A DNA stretch of 64,000 nucleotides. Source: a virus. The notes beneath the pieces were generated by a model. That model ran no database searches. It was given only the letters and a program-made list of their open reading frames with translations, and had not been told where the DNA came from. This document shows, piece after piece, positions 1 through 10,636 of this stretch. The position numbers and the translations under genes were made by a program. The stretch is taken from IMG/VR virus record IMGVR_UViG_3300037088_000682, positions 7,489 to 71,488 of that record; one strand, given 5' to 3'. Position 1 is the first letter of the stretch, and each line of letters opens with the position of its first letter.

Positions 1-80
1 ACCCGCCACCGGTAAGTGATCCCCCTTCCTGGTGGCTTCAAGAGATACCCACTCGATTCGAACGAGAGGATGTTATCTGA
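1..80 (+). CDS. 3' end of a hypothetical protein (partial) carrying the C-terminal TRFER tag
   Basis: Frame 3 from position 3 reads PPPVSDPPSWWLQEIPTRFEREDVI-stop (TGA 78-80); not in the ORF track. Confidence 0.75.
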   Translation, partial: PPPVSDPPSWWLQEIPTRFEREDVI

Positions 81-663
81 ATTCATCCTTCCAAAGTTTG
101 ACTAGGTTGTTGCAGTGTTGGAGATCTTCTGGGGTTGGCTTAGCAAAGTAATTGTTTGAGACATTGAAGCTCTCAAACCCATCGAATGCCCCACTCATCC
201 GTCCAAAGATGAGGTCCCTTCTCCAGAATAACCCACTCTTTGAGACGAAGTAACCATCGCCCTCTCGAATTACCCTCCCGGCATCAAGTCCAAACTCCTC
301 GAACCACAGACGACTCAGCTTCCGACAATACTCTTGATCAGCCTTGAGCTCGTTTACATCGTGAAGTCTCTCGTATTCGAATGGGCTTTCATCATCTACT
401 ATAGCTATTTCGAGCCCACCTCGAAATATTACCCCACCCCGATAAACCTTGTAGTTATCGAGAGTAATCGCCTCAGACGGGGTTTCATCAGACGGGTCAT
501 CATCTAGATCAAGAGGGGGTGGGTACAGCTTTTTCGGAGTCGGAGCTTGACCCAACTCTTTAGCTATCTGAATCCCCTCTTTCAAACCCTTCTTGTGACC
601 GATTAGATAGCCAAGAAGAAGTGCAACTGCAATGAGGAAACCTATAGTGACAGGTGGAAGCAT
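73..663 (-). CDS. hypothetical protein with N-terminal transmembrane helix
   Basis: ORF 73..795; likely start at MLPPVTIGFLIAVALLLGYLIG, just downstream of the previous gene's stop. Confidence 0.6.
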   Translation of the reverse strand: MLPPVTIGFLIAVALLLGYLIGHKKGLKEGIQIAKELGQAPTPKKLYPPPLDLDDDPSDETPSEAITLDNYKVYRGGVIFRGGLEIAIVDDESPFEYERLHDVNELKADQEYCRKLSRLWFEEFGLDAGRVIREGDGYFVSKSGLFWRRDLIFGRMSGAFDGFESFNVSNNYFAKPTPEDLQHCNNLVKLWKDEFR

Positions 664-664
664 A

Positions 665-1471
665 TCACTCCGGCAACTCAAGCATCCAGCTCTCCCAACC
701 CGGGAGCGATAGGAACAGGTGAAGGCCAAGTAGCTCTTCGGCTGCTGGCACATCCCAATCATGCACACAGATTGGGGAATTCTTGTCAAGATCAAACATT
801 GTCCTGTTACCAGACTTCTCGGATCGGTTCGGCTTGGTGCGTGAGGTCAAGAGGTAGCGATGGCCAGTGTCCTGCCCGACTGTGATGAACTGATTCGTTC
901 GCCTGAAGTCTTCCAGCTGCTCTGGATTCAAGAAGGTCTCTAGAACCTTGGTGGCCCTAATCTCAGCCTTCACGAACTCAGGAACAGGACATCCCCTGAC
1001 GGGTACAGCTACCGTGGTAGCAGCCACCACCCTCGCTGGTCTAATGTCGTTCCAGTAATCTTCAATCCTCTCTAGTACAGTAGGGGTAGGTGGAGTCACA
1101 GCAGTGGGGTTAGGCTCTGGCTCGATCTTGTACTCTTGAAGTCGACCGTCTGCCAACTTCACAGCTGACACCTGACCCCGATGGGGTTTCAGTCTAGAGG
1201 TGATGTGTCTGGCAACCTTAGTGAGGGGCGCCTGGAGTCTAACAGTCATCCCGTGTTCTGTTCGACAAATCGATGGAAGAATGCTTGGAAAGGATTCTGG
1301 GGTAGCCCAAGGCTTATGAATCATTCCCCCCTTCAGAGCCTTTCGCCTGAAGGCCTCCATAACCGTCAGTTCCTCGTTCGACAGGCTGAACATCCTCAGA
1401 GAGGTCTCGGTTTGGCTCACTGCCTCTAATTGAATATCCCCGTGAAAACTCGGAATGTACCACGTTATCAT
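665..1471 (-). CDS. hypothetical protein (internal IEDYWNDIR motif)
   Basis: 268-aa ORF in a minus-strand gene run. Confidence 0.7.
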   Translation of the reverse strand: MITWYIPSFHGDIQLEAVSQTETSLRMFSLSNEELTVMEAFRRKALKGGMIHKPWATPESFPSILPSICRTEHGMTVRLQAPLTKVARHITSRLKPHRGQVSAVKLADGRLQEYKIEPEPNPTAVTPPTPTVLERIEDYWNDIRPARVVAATTVAVPVRGCPVPEFVKAEIRATKVLETFLNPEQLEDFRRTNQFITVGQDTGHRYLLTSRTKPNRSEKSGNRTMFDLDKNSPICVHDWDVPAAEELLGLHLFLSLPGWESWMLELPE

Positions 1472-2066
1472 TACTGTTTCTCTCCTTGAGGTTTACGATC
1501 AACTGTGCAACCCTATCATTAATGATTCTGCGACTATCTACGTCGGCTTGATTCATAGTATCCAGGACTGTGATCAAGTCCTTCAACTCTTGTACCCCTG
1601 CTGCAGCCAATTGAGCTCGTTGGTTCTCAATGGTGACTTGGGACAGAGTGTCCATTTGAATACTCAGGTCTCTTTTCTGCTGGCGAGGATCTGTGTGGCG
1701 AGGATCTGTGTATTGGATGGGTACAGCCATCTCTCCTACAGCACCAGCGTAAATAACACCCCCAGTAGTTCCCCCATAGATCCCCTCATCTTCATTATCG
1801 CCCTCAAAGAGGTTGGCATCATACTTACACTCCTTTCTAGGAACCCTCGGCTTAGCTTCCGCCCGCATCAACGACTGAGCAACCTCACACAAGCTCGCTA
1901 CAGAAGAGAACCTAGTCCGTTCACTCGAATCAAGCTTGTCGGCTATGAGCGCCTTGATGGCTTCAAGTGCTGTCTTTAAGTGTCCTTCTTCCTCGACTGG
2001 CAGGTGATCGAGCTTACTAGTTTGTTTCATCATCATGGGGCAGGTACCAATTACACCTGAAAACAC
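1314..2066 (-). CDS. hypothetical protein
   Basis: 250-aa ORF; GGTGTA element lies upstream of the MMM run near 2037; 3' overlap with the next gene is unusually long. Confidence 0.6.
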   Translation of the reverse strand: MFSGVIGTCPMMMKQTSKLDHLPVEEEGHLKTALEAIKALIADKLDSSERTRFSSVASLCEVAQSLMRAEAKPRVPRKECKYDANLFEGDNEDEGIYGGTTGGVIYAGAVGEMAVPIQYTDPRHTDPRQQKRDLSIQMDTLSQVTIENQRAQLAAAGVQELKDLITVLDTMNQADVDSRRIINDRVAQLIVNLKERNSNDNVVHSEFSRGYSIRGSEPNRDLSEDVQPVERGTDGYGGLQAKGSEGGNDS

Positions 2067-2163
2067 AAAGTATCAATCAGAAACTTCCCAGGTGGTGTAC
2101 CTAAATCCTGGGAGTGAAGTCCCTTACCTGCAACCACTAGCGGGTCAGCAATCCGGTTAACCT

Positions 2164-2733
2164 GTGGAAGACGACTTCGAAGATTATTGGGCGACTGTAA
2201 GGCCTAATCGGGAATCGCCGAAGAAGCCCGGTATCGATCTGAAGGCGGAGCTCAGAGAGCACGCCAGCAGGATGACTGAGGCCATGGAGGAGATGACTGG
2301 GAGACGGTCTCCTCCTACTTCCGAGATGCTTGACGACTTTACTGATAGCCTTCGGTTTGCAATTACAGCCCTACCGGCCCCTGAAGCGGATGCTGCCCCC
2401 AGACTCTATGTTGATACCCGTGACCCACCCGAACAAGAACCTGGAGAGGTACCCGTTGGTGGGGTACTGAGATTTTCTTCCGGAGGTGTGACGATAAGTT
2501 CAGATGGTGGATTGTTGAGTGTTTCTCCTGGTGGTAGTAGTGAAGGGTTGGCTGGGATTAGACTACCCCAAATCTCTGGTAACTCAGACTTCAATCTTCA
2601 AGATCGATTTGAGATTATCCTTCGAGAGCAAGCAAACCTGCTAGGTAGGGTTCTTGTACTAGAGCAAGAAAACCGAGAACAAAGGGCCCACATTGCTTCT
2701 GTTGAATCAGTTGTTAGGAACCAAAGAAGATGA
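2164..2733 (+). CDS. hypothetical protein with N-terminal FEDYWATVR motif and C-terminal coiled coil
   Basis: 189-aa ORF; heptad pattern near the C-terminus. Confidence 0.65.
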   Translation: MEDDFEDYWATVRPNRESPKKPGIDLKAELREHASRMTEAMEEMTGRRSPPTSEMLDDFTDSLRFAITALPAPEADAAPRLYVDTRDPPEQEPGEVPVGGVLRFSSGGVTISSDGGLLSVSPGGSSEGLAGIRLPQISGNSDFNLQDRFEIILREQANLLGRVLVLEQENREQRAHIASVESVVRNQRR

Positions 2734-3001
2734 GTGACAATCGATGGCCTAGGATTTTTGGCCCCGTTGACTGTTTTGGTGGGGTAGCTACTGAATATGT
2801 CCCAGGCCCTGAGGGTCTTAGGCGAGGGGCTACCGCTTGCAAGCATGGTGAAGGTGAGTGTATTATCTGCGGAACTACCAATCACCGAGATACAAAACAC
2901 ACGACAGTCAATGGGAAGGGTAAGGTCGGAAACATCCCCCGATAGTTTGCTTATACACTTCACCTGATCTTCTTCTATGAAGTGTAAGTAGCAAACCCCT
3001 C

Positions 3002-3859
3002 ATGTTCCCAATTGACAATAGTATAGCAGCCTACATCACTCGCGTGAGGTCTCTTCCGATACTCTCACGCGAGGAAGAGGTACGTTTATGCAAGGCCTGG
3101 AGGGACAACCAGGATTACTCAGCCAGGGATCAGATCCTTCAGGCTAACTTACGCCATGCTTCAGCGGTCGCCCTTCAGTTCCGTCGGTACCCCATCCCTT
3201 TGGAAGATCTGCTCTCAGAAGCCAACCTGGGGCTCATGAAAGCCATTGATAGCCACTACGACCCCGACAGTGGAAACAGGTTCATCACTTTTGCCGTCTA
3301 TTGGATTCGAGCTTACGTATTTCGGTATATCATCAAGTGTCAGAATGAGTCCAATACCGTGGCAGACTTCAGATCCAGGGACTACTTCAAGTTTCAAAAG
3401 GAGAAGGTCAAAGCCTACAATAGGTATCGATCCAGAGAAGAGGTCGAGCAGGCTTTAGTTGAGAGTATGGGTATGCCATTGGACAAGGTTCAAAAGTTAA
3501 TGATGGCTACGGAAGGTAGAGATCTGTCCTTGGCGGTGGATATCCACGGGGATCGCGGTGGGGATCCCGTAGAATTAGTGGAGACCCTCGTATCGGATTC
3601 CCAGAGTCAAGACGAGTACCTCGACGATACCAATCGTCAGAATCGATATAGAGCGGCGGTACAGAAGGCCTTGAAGGATCTGTCCCCTCGGGAACTCATT
3701 ATTGTGAAAGATCGCCTGATGCAGGATCCGGAGTCAGCCAAAACCCTTAAGGAAATCGGAGAGAAATTCGGAGTGTCCAGGGAAAGGACCCGTCAATTGG
3801 AGGTTAAAGCTGTTAAAAAACTCAGACTTAGGCTTGAATCGTTGAGGGGTTCAGTGTAA
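3002..3859 (+). CDS. RNA polymerase sigma-70 family factor, RpoH/sigma-32-like
   Basis: Region 1.2 YITRVRSLPILSREEE; region 2 ANLR...DLLSEANLGLMKA...RFITFAVYWIRA; region 4 TLKEIGEKFGVSRERTRQLE. Confidence 0.92.
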   Translation: MFPIDNSIAAYITRVRSLPILSREEEVRLCKAWRDNQDYSARDQILQANLRHASAVALQFRRYPIPLEDLLSEANLGLMKAIDSHYDPDSGNRFITFAVYWIRAYVFRYIIKCQNESNTVADFRSRDYFKFQKEKVKAYNRYRSREEVEQALVESMGMPLDKVQKLMMATEGRDLSLAVDIHGDRGGDPVELVETLVSDSQSQDEYLDDTNRQNRYRAAVQKALKDLSPRELIIVKDRLMQDPESAKTLKEIGEKFGVSRERTRQLEVKAVKKLRLRLESLRGSV

Positions 3860-4146
3860 TGTTTCACTCAATGGATCACGCCCCTAAAGAAGCCTGGCTG
3901 AATACCACAGAAGGGAAAGCTTGGTTGGAGTACGCCTTTCGAAGGAATGAGGCCGGTAAGTTCACTAGTCTTACCATCATAATGGTACTTTTCGTTTTTG
4001 GTATGCGTATTTACGATGTTCCTTTGGGTCAAATTCTACTCACTCTCCTTCTGTGGATCCCCACGATGACCGCCATTAAGAGCATTTCTTATGTCAATGC
4101 CAAAGAGCGGCTGGAGGATATTCGGAAGAAGCTCTCCAAAGGGTAA
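3859..4146 (+). CDS. small membrane protein
   Basis: Two hydrophobic segments; TAATG coupling to the sigma gene. Confidence 0.6.
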   Translation: MFHSMDHAPKEAWLNTTEGKAWLEYAFRRNEAGKFTSLTIIMVLFVFGMRIYDVPLGQILLTLLLWIPTMTAIKSISYVNAKERLEDIRKKLSKG

Positions 4147-4190
4147 CTAATATCCTTTACTAATATGGGTTTTTGGTGTATCAGGGGTGA

Positions 4191-4664
4191 ATGGGCTCTA
4201 AAAAAGATGAACAGGCGGAAGAACTAGCAGCAACGATCAAGGCCCTACGGGAGATGAAGCCAATAAGCGTCCCTCTCGATGGTTCAAAAAGCATGCACCA
4301 TATACTGGATAGTGTGAAGAACTCTTTCTTAGGAGGCCTTCGGTATGTTCTCGATGTGTCTTGGAACAGTTCCATCGAGGCACTTATCATTGCTCAGAAC
4401 TCTGAGAGACAAGGTGACTTCGAACGTCACGTAGCTAACAACCTTGAGGAGGTTAAGGAGTGGCTACAGCGGGGAACCAAGGTTGAAGATCTCAGGAACT
4501 TCGTGCGAGTCAAGGCTGAAAACCTGAGTTTGAAAAACGAGATAGAGGAGCTGAGGTCAGAGTTAGGCCAACTTAAGCGGTCTAACGGTGATTCAGAATC
4601 TCCCTACTACTGTGGGCCTCGAATGATAATGATGAATCCCTTCATGGGCGGTCGTCGCTGGTAG
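4191..4664 (+). CDS. hypothetical coiled-coil protein
   Basis: 157-aa ORF preceded by GGTGTA-10nt-ATG. Confidence 0.65.
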   Translation: MGSKKDEQAEELAATIKALREMKPISVPLDGSKSMHHILDSVKNSFLGGLRYVLDVSWNSSIEALIIAQNSERQGDFERHVANNLEEVKEWLQRGTKVEDLRNFVRVKAENLSLKNEIEELRSELGQLKRSNGDSESPYYCGPRMIMMNPFMGGRRW

Positions 4665-4678
4665 TGTAAACTATTCCA

Positions 4679-4987
4679 GTGCCCGCCCGAGACATCTCCG
4701 ACCTAGCTCAGGACATGATTGACACCCTCGTGGGGGAGGGTGTCGACTTTGAGGCTGCCTGTGATGCTGCCGAGAACTCGTTGTCTGAACTCCTGAACCC
4801 AGTGTACTCCAGGATGTTTAATGAGTACATCGAGATTCAGACCAATTGTGAGAATGCAGCGGCCACGGTCACCGACAGAATACGGGAACAACGGGGGCAG
4901 CCGCAGCAAGATCCCGAGCCTCCACAAACTTCTGATGAGCAGGAAGTTGTACGACGTTCTAGGTTCGAAAGGGATGAGGTTGTTTGA
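4679..4987 (+). CDS. hypothetical protein, C-terminal tag SRFERDEVV
   Basis: ORF track; tag at the terminus. Confidence 0.7.
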   Translation: MPARDISDLAQDMIDTLVGEGVDFEAACDAAENSLSELLNPVYSRMFNEYIEIQTNCENAAATVTDRIREQRGQPQQDPEPPQTSDEQEVVRRSRFERDEVV

Positions 4988-5190
4988 TGCAAAATGAACC
5001 CAAGTACACTTGCCCTAAGTGCGGCGGTCATGAGTACGGGTCTTCTAAGAATCTTGATGGCACGCAGACTCGCCACTGCCATGGTTGGATACCCAACAGC
5101 AAAGATCCCTGTCTCTTCCATTGGCCTGAAAGTGAAGACCGGCATTACATAGCCGAAGAGCTCACTGAAGTTGAAGAGGTTGTCGAGTGA
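4984..5190 (+). CDS. small zinc-ribbon-like protein
   Basis: CPKC...HCH...C; overlaps both neighbouring genes. Confidence 0.5.
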   Translation: MMQNEPKYTCPKCGGHEYGSSKNLDGTQTRHCHGWIPNSKDPCLFHWPESEDRHYIAEELTEVEEVVE

Positions 5191-5549
5191 GAACTCTCAA
5201 GGAAATCTTCGAAAAAGAACAAGACTTCGATGTCGCTATGTACGAGCTCGGGACGATGCTCGGGTTCTGGCCTGAAGTCGATTGGCAGAACCGCGAGAGC
5301 TGGCTTCAGTACAACGAGAGGAAGTGGATCTTCTGGAGTAATAACCCGGTCGGCAACCACCTCTCGAAGATGCTTGAAGAACTCGTAGGGATGGGAGCAC
5401 TCATCAAATGTGGGAAAGATGAGTTGGGGGTCAAGTACAACGAGTTATTCATACCGGATGCAGTAGGCCCCTCTGAGGATTCAGAAGAGGAAACCGGGTT
5501 CGTCGACCAGGAAGCGGGTTCTCACATCATACCCAAGGTGAAGAGCTAG
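5187..5549 (+). CDS. hypothetical protein
   Basis: 120-aa ORF in an operon-like run. Confidence 0.6.
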   Translation: MRTLKEIFEKEQDFDVAMYELGTMLGFWPEVDWQNRESWLQYNERKWIFWSNNPVGNHLSKMLEELVGMGALIKCGKDELGVKYNELFIPDAVGPSEDSEEETGFVDQEAGSHIIPKVKS

Positions 5550-5819
5550 ATCACCTCATCTCGTTCAAATCTAGAAGGCGTTTCTGGGGGCTTGATCTCT
5601 GGAGCCTCGGAGAACCCATTTCATCTCGAGAATCCATTTCGTTAGCTTGGCCCTAACTTCCGGGCCACTCAAATGCGCTATATGATTGACTGATAGACTA
5701 CAGTTACCTAAGTGTAAGGTAACATCAGGGCACCCATCATGGGCTCGAACTAGGGAAGCCCTCACTTGTAGCTTTTGGGTGTGTTCGAACTCCCCAGTGA
5801 ACGGGTCTATGGCCACCAA
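5547..5819 (-). pseudogene. hypothetical protein with frameshift; true C-terminus APEIKPPETPSRFERDEVI
   Basis: ORF 5571..5819 ends ...PRNAF, but an alternative frame from about 5620 reads NGFSEAPEIKPPETPSRFERDEVI-stop. Confidence 0.55.
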
Positions 5820-5923
5820 GGGATGCTACCGCATCCCGACAGGTTACTCAACCACTTTCTGAACCAATGGCCGCCATTTACCTGGAACTCTTTGGCTACT
5901 TGGGGTATTGATCTTCACTCGGA

Positions 5924-6441
5924 ATGCCCTTTCGATCCCTCGACGACCTAATCACGGACATCACGGATACCATGCTAGAAGTGGCGGACTCTAGCAACGA
6001 TCCCATTGTTGCTTATGAGAACTTACTGGAAAGCCTACCCCGCATCATCCGCTTGTTAATCGATGGGGTACTGGTCAATTCAGGTGATTCAGTAAAGATA
6101 TCTCTAGTTAACGGTCTAGCAACTAGGGTGCGAAGTCAGATAATGACTCGTATCAGGGTTCCTGCAGAAAGACATACTCTGGTTGACCCAGCCACCCTAA
6201 CGGTTCCACTACGAAATCGTCACCACTGGATTCGTAACATGGGACAGACGACTCTTTGCACCTGTGGCTACTGCTCCCTTGAGATTGAAGAAGGGGAGGT
6301 AACTAACCTGAGAGACAATCCCTGTCCGGGAAGACGTATTGATTACGCCCCCGAGATTGAGATAAGTTCCAAGTCAAAAAGAACACGGGTGTGCCAGAAC
6401 CTGTCCGACCCACCCGCTTCGAACGAGAAGAACCGATCTAG
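5924..6441 (+). pseudogene. hypothetical protein with frameshift near 6360; true C-terminus VPEPVRPTRFEREEPI
   Basis: Frame 1 from 6361 reads DKFQVKKNTGVPEPVRPTRFEREEPI-stop(6441); one missing G at gagattga/gataag would join the frames. Confidence 0.6.
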
Positions 6442-7047
6442 TCTCACTCCTTCTTGTCGGGAGCGCCCTCCAGCCGCCGGATGCTCTCGAGAGCATCCTC
6501 CTCATTGTCGACGGTCTTAAGGATAGCCCCAGTGACGATCTCCACAGCAACATGAACCTTGTAGTTGGTCTTCCGTTCGAGAAGATCCAGAAGCTTGGCC
6601 AAGGTGGGGTCGGTAATCGCCCCCTTCTCCTCGACGGTTCTCACAATCTCATCTGCACTTGAACGAGTTCCAGCCATAGTTCTCCTGTGTTAGCGGGTTG
6701 AAAGAAGTGTCCAGGTGCTTCCAAGATTGCAAACCCGGTACAGCTTGTAGTGGGGGCCGCCGAAGGGCGGCTGGGTGTGATCGTGGATCTGCATCAACTC
6801 ACAATCCTGAGTCTCGAAGCTGTAGTAGGATGGATCTCCCCTGTGAGAGCAGCCAACCTGTTGTAGGAGAACCCCTACTGTGAAAGCCCCGATGAGGGCC
6901 AGTGTTTTGAAGGTCTTGTTAGGCATTTTCATCGGAGCTTTCACAGTTTGGGTTCCAGAAAGTCATTCATGTCGGCGGAGGCCCAGAGTCCGCCGGGGCC
7001 CGCCCAAACCACCGGCGCGAGTCTCTCAAGTTCGGTTGGGGTCGGCA

Positions 7048-7371
7048 TTATTTCACTGCCTCGGACTCAAGGCTTGGAGCACTGATTGTAGGTCGTTCTG
7101 GGTAGAACACTCCCATGCTCAGGTCTCCCGAGGCTACATGGTTGCGAAGTTCCCCGTGAAGTTGGCGGAGGGTCAAGAGCTTGGCCTTGGCTTCTTTCAG
7201 CCATTCGGCTTCGCCGGCCTTGCGCTCTTCAACCCAGGAATCCCTGTGTAATGGGTCAATCTCCCAGTCATATCCGCCAAACTTGGCTGAGAAAATCAAC
7301 CAGAGTTCCCAGTTCAGGGCAAGCTCTTTGGCTACTTCAGGATTGAGAGGGATCTTTACAGCGGCTGGCAT
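7048..7371 (-). CDS. hypothetical protein
   Basis: 107-aa ORF; CCGTA-9nt-ATG upstream. Confidence 0.55.
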   Translation of the reverse strand: MPAAVKIPLNPEVAKELALNWELWLIFSAKFGGYDWEIDPLHRDSWVEERKAGEAEWLKEAKAKLLTLRQLHGELRNHVASGDLSMGVFYPERPTISAPSLESEAVK

Positions 7372-7637
7372 AACTAATACTACGGATGAGGGGTGAAGAT
7401 CTCACCACTAACCATGAACAATATCGTGTCCGTTTTGAGCTTCCTCGAGCGCAATCTCCCCTTGATGGTACCCCAGCCGGTAGGTTGGGCTTGCGTCCTC
7501 TGGGCACCTTCTGCCAGAGCGGCCACAGTCCCGGCCTAGTCTCCAGATCTGGATGACCCTGTCGCTCTCTTCCAGGGTGGCTCCGCCGGGGCACCCCAGC
7601 GCGTGACTTCCCCCACCATTACCACAGTAGTGACAAC

Positions 7638-7946
7638 TCATGTAGCCGGCTCCTGAATGTAGAGAGGTCGGTGTTTGGGGTCAATCTTGATCTCGAAGGA
7701 CTCCTCCATCACAGCCACAAAGGACTCCCAGTCCTCTAAGGTGGGCTCGGCCTTACTGTGTCGAACCATTTGAGGGGTATTCCAGTGTAGGTTGTACTCC
7801 CGGGATATTGGACAGAATCTAGCAATACACCGGCACAACCGATTGACCCAGACAGTACGCCCGTCTGATTCTACATGGGTATTCTTTACTCGGGTAGTAA
7901 CTCTTTCTCTGCGTAGGGTAGTGTTCATCAACCGGTAGTCTTCCAT
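7638..7946 (-). CDS. hypothetical protein
   Basis: 102-aa ORF in a minus-strand run. Confidence 0.55.
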   Translation of the reverse strand: MEDYRLMNTTLRRERVTTRVKNTHVESDGRTVWVNRLCRCIARFCPISREYNLHWNTPQMVRHSKAEPTLEDWESFVAVMEESFEIKIDPKHRPLYIQEPAT

Positions 7947-7947
7947 C

Positions 7948-8673
7948 TTACACCAAAACCCCCTTCTTCTGAGCTATGTACTTCTTGAGTCTCAAGGTGA
8001 ATTCACCATCAGTCAGATCACACTTGGCCATATTAAGCCAAAGTGGAACCACTCTAATGTTTCCAACCTCATATTGGATCTTCGGGCTTACTCTATCCAG
8101 AGAGGCCCTGTCCGCAATTTTGTCAACCCCTCGGGTACTAGAGAAGTTCATATACGGGAACCTCTCTAATCCTTTTAGAGCTAAGGTGACCAAAGTATCA
8201 AGTGGTATTACCGAGCGGCTCTGGTATCGTCCGCCTTTAGAGGCTCTTTTGAGTACCCTCTTCGCCCAATAGTATACCTGTTTCTCTAATGGCCGCTTAC
8301 TGAGCGTCTTTCGGAAGTTTGAACCCCACTCCCTGAGTTTCAGTAGGTGAGCCGCCCTCTCTTGGGGATTGAACCTAGCGCGTCGATTAGACTCCCTCTT
8401 TGCATGACAAACTTTGCAGGTAAACCCTGTATAACTTCTTTTACACTTTGTGCAAATCCTCACCCTAGCTAACACCTCGGGTAGTGCTCTATAGTGAGTT
8501 GCGCATAATCCTTTAGATTGTATTGGATTATAGCACTTGAGTACACTACACGATTTTCTTTTCCTACCTGGATTAGTGATAGTACTGTAGTAATGTGACC
8601 TACAAAAACCCTTCGCATAATAATTACGACCACAACCCCTAACAGAACACTTTCTACCACCAGGCCAGCCCAT
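7948..8673 (-). CDS. HNH-like endonuclease with N-terminal Cys/His zinc-binding repeats
   Basis: Two CSVxxC...KGxCxxHY repeats; C-terminal SLDRV...YEVGNIRVV...N..K HNH-like core. Confidence 0.65.
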   Translation of the reverse strand: MGWPGGRKCSVRGCGRNYYAKGFCRSHYYSTITNPGRKRKSCSVLKCYNPIQSKGLCATHYRALPEVLARVRICTKCKRSYTGFTCKVCHAKRESNRRARFNPQERAAHLLKLREWGSNFRKTLSKRPLEKQVYYWAKRVLKRASKGGRYQSRSVIPLDTLVTLALKGLERFPYMNFSSTRGVDKIADRASLDRVSPKIQYEVGNIRVVPLWLNMAKCDLTDGEFTLRLKKYIAQKKGVLV

Positions 8674-8963
8674 AAAAGTTTACTTTCCTGTGATGCCCTT
8701 GCGAGTCTCCGCTTCACTTCGACACGAACAGATCCAAGCCTCGTCCAGCTTCATCAACCTTGAAGGGTAATGACAGGTTCGGGTCGTAACCCCAGAGCCC
8801 AAGACGGACTCCTCACACTTTGTGAGCATTACCCGTAGGTCTCTGTTGGGATTGAGCATTAATGCTAGCAAAGCAATCGAAAATACAACAGCAAGTACTA
8901 GGAGTGAAGTCTTCATTTAGTGTTCATTTTCTCGTTTGTTCTTGGCGTGTTGCTCCACAAGAC

Positions 8964-9683
8964 TCAGCCGGCGCGGGCAGGTGAGGCTAGCCTCTTCCGT
9001 GCAGTTCTGTGATCTACATGACTCACAATATATCTTGTCCTCGGGGACTTCGGGGACTTCGAACCACTTGAAAAGCCACTTGAACATGAATTCCCCTTTC
9101 GGGTGAGGTAGCTCTCGATGTCCTCTACCCTACCAGGGTGATTGTCATAAGTTCCGTCTTGACAGCGGCCCTGGTACCTGTCGAACACTTCGCGGCGAGA
9201 GTTCAGAACCCCAATCAACCAACCCGGGACAGGCTCCCACTCTGGCTTGAGGCCAAGGCTGGCATTGACCCGCTTCGTCCTTCTACGAGTCACCTTGAGG
9301 AAGCCAAAGGGGTTTTCCAGGATGGCCAGAGCTTCCTGCTTCGCCCTCGTCCAAGACTCGTTTGTGAGCCTCATCTCCCAAAGCGGGACTAAGTCTATGT
9401 TGATGACCCCAGTCCCACGCCAAGGTCGCCTTGTTCGTAATTCGTAGTCCCGACTCAAATCTCTGTCCGTATGGTGGGGAACCTTCCAGAAGTACCTGTA
9501 GTACAGTGTGTTGGTGGTAAAGTCGACTACCCAACGCTCGGGGCCCTCATCGTGAATGAATGCACCTGAGTGCCGGCGGGTATCAATCCTGCTCTGTCGG
9601 TACCACAGACCAGCGCAGACCAATCCAATGAGGCATCCCATTACTATCATGCGGCGGCTGTCCCTGGATGATCCTTGAGCCAT
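8964..9683 (-). CDS. hypothetical membrane-anchored protein
   Basis: N-terminal hydrophobic helix; 239-aa ORF. Confidence 0.55.
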   Translation of the reverse strand: MAQGSSRDSRRMIVMGCLIGLVCAGLWYRQSRIDTRRHSGAFIHDEGPERWVVDFTTNTLYYRYFWKVPHHTDRDLSRDYELRTRRPWRGTGVINIDLVPLWEMRLTNESWTRAKQEALAILENPFGFLKVTRRRTKRVNASLGLKPEWEPVPGWLIGVLNSRREVFDRYQGRCQDGTYDNHPGRVEDIESYLTRKGNSCSSGFSSGSKSPKSPRTRYIVSHVDHRTARKRLASPARAG

Positions 9684-10102
9684 TGGTTGGCTTCACCTTC
9701 ATCACAGAAGTTGGCGTAGGCATAGCCACTCTGATCTCCAAACACACAGAAGGCAGCGACACCCTCATCCCACTCGACATAGCGCCCCTCACCGGGGATA
9801 GGCTTCAGATCTTCATACTTTTGATGCATGTCGAACTCGCTTCTTTGATTTTGGTACCAACTCGAGATGGAGTCTAGCCATTACTTTCCCGTTTGAGCAG
9901 CTAAACCGATTAGCCGTACGCCTGGATGCCCTATCAGCGGGGCAGTTATCGGTACCGATCAGGCAATCGCAGTCTGGCCCCCAGGATATTGGAACGTTAA
10001 ACTTGTCTAGACCACTGAAGGCACGGCCTGGCTTACCATCATCGGCAATCCAGCGTCTGCCATCCCAGCGCTCCACCTCTTTGGATCCGGTGGGAGGGCG
10101 GC

Positions 10103-10636
10103 CTAACCAGTGCTTGATGGGTTTGGTGGGCATGGGGTTACCCTTTCGAGTGCTAGTCTTTCTAGGTAGGCGGCTGCATCTTCACCTTCGTCGGCCTCAT
10201 GATTGTCCTTGATGATATCCAAGGCCATTTCCAGAGCTTCTTCCTGGCTATCAAGGGTCTCACCAGTCCAGAGTTCATCCCCATCGAGTTCGTCTTCGGT
10301 TTGAATGTACCAGAGGTCATCAGAGCCCTCTCCGATCTTTACCCTGACATCGATAGCGGCAGGGTGCTCGCCCTTCCCCATCTGCTCCTCAGTCAAAACG
10401 TAGACATAAGTTCCCACAAGTGCCCATTCCTTGACACTAGGATTGATCATCAGAGAACTCTCGGGGACATAGATCCCCTTCTGTAACCCCTGGTCGGTTT
10501 CAATGGGGTCGTCCAGCGCTACAACGTAGAACCAGACCGGCACTACGAACTGGACACCGAGTACGGTGCCGGAGAACTTCTGGTTTTCACTGATTACGCT
10601 TACGGATTGGTCGATTGAGTAGCGTGGATTTGACAT
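10103..10636 (-). CDS. hypothetical protein with N-terminal SH3/KOW-like barrel
   Basis: YSIDQSVSV...GTVLGV...YVVALD...VPESSL pattern. Confidence 0.55.
   Translation of the reverse strand: MSNPRYSIDQSVSVISENQKFSGTVLGVQFVVPVWFYVVALDDPIETDQGLQKGIYVPESSLMINPSVKEWALVGTYVYVLTEEQMGKGEHPAAIDVRVKIGEGSDDLWYIQTEDELDGDELWTGETLDSQEEALEMALDIIKDNHEADEGEDAAAYLERLALERVTPCPPNPSSTG

Noticed and set aside
6970-7046. GC-rich intergenic segment with a CGGCGGA/TCCGCCG hairpin, possible riboswitch
   Set aside because: Only a 7-bp stem and no recognisable aptamer consensus.
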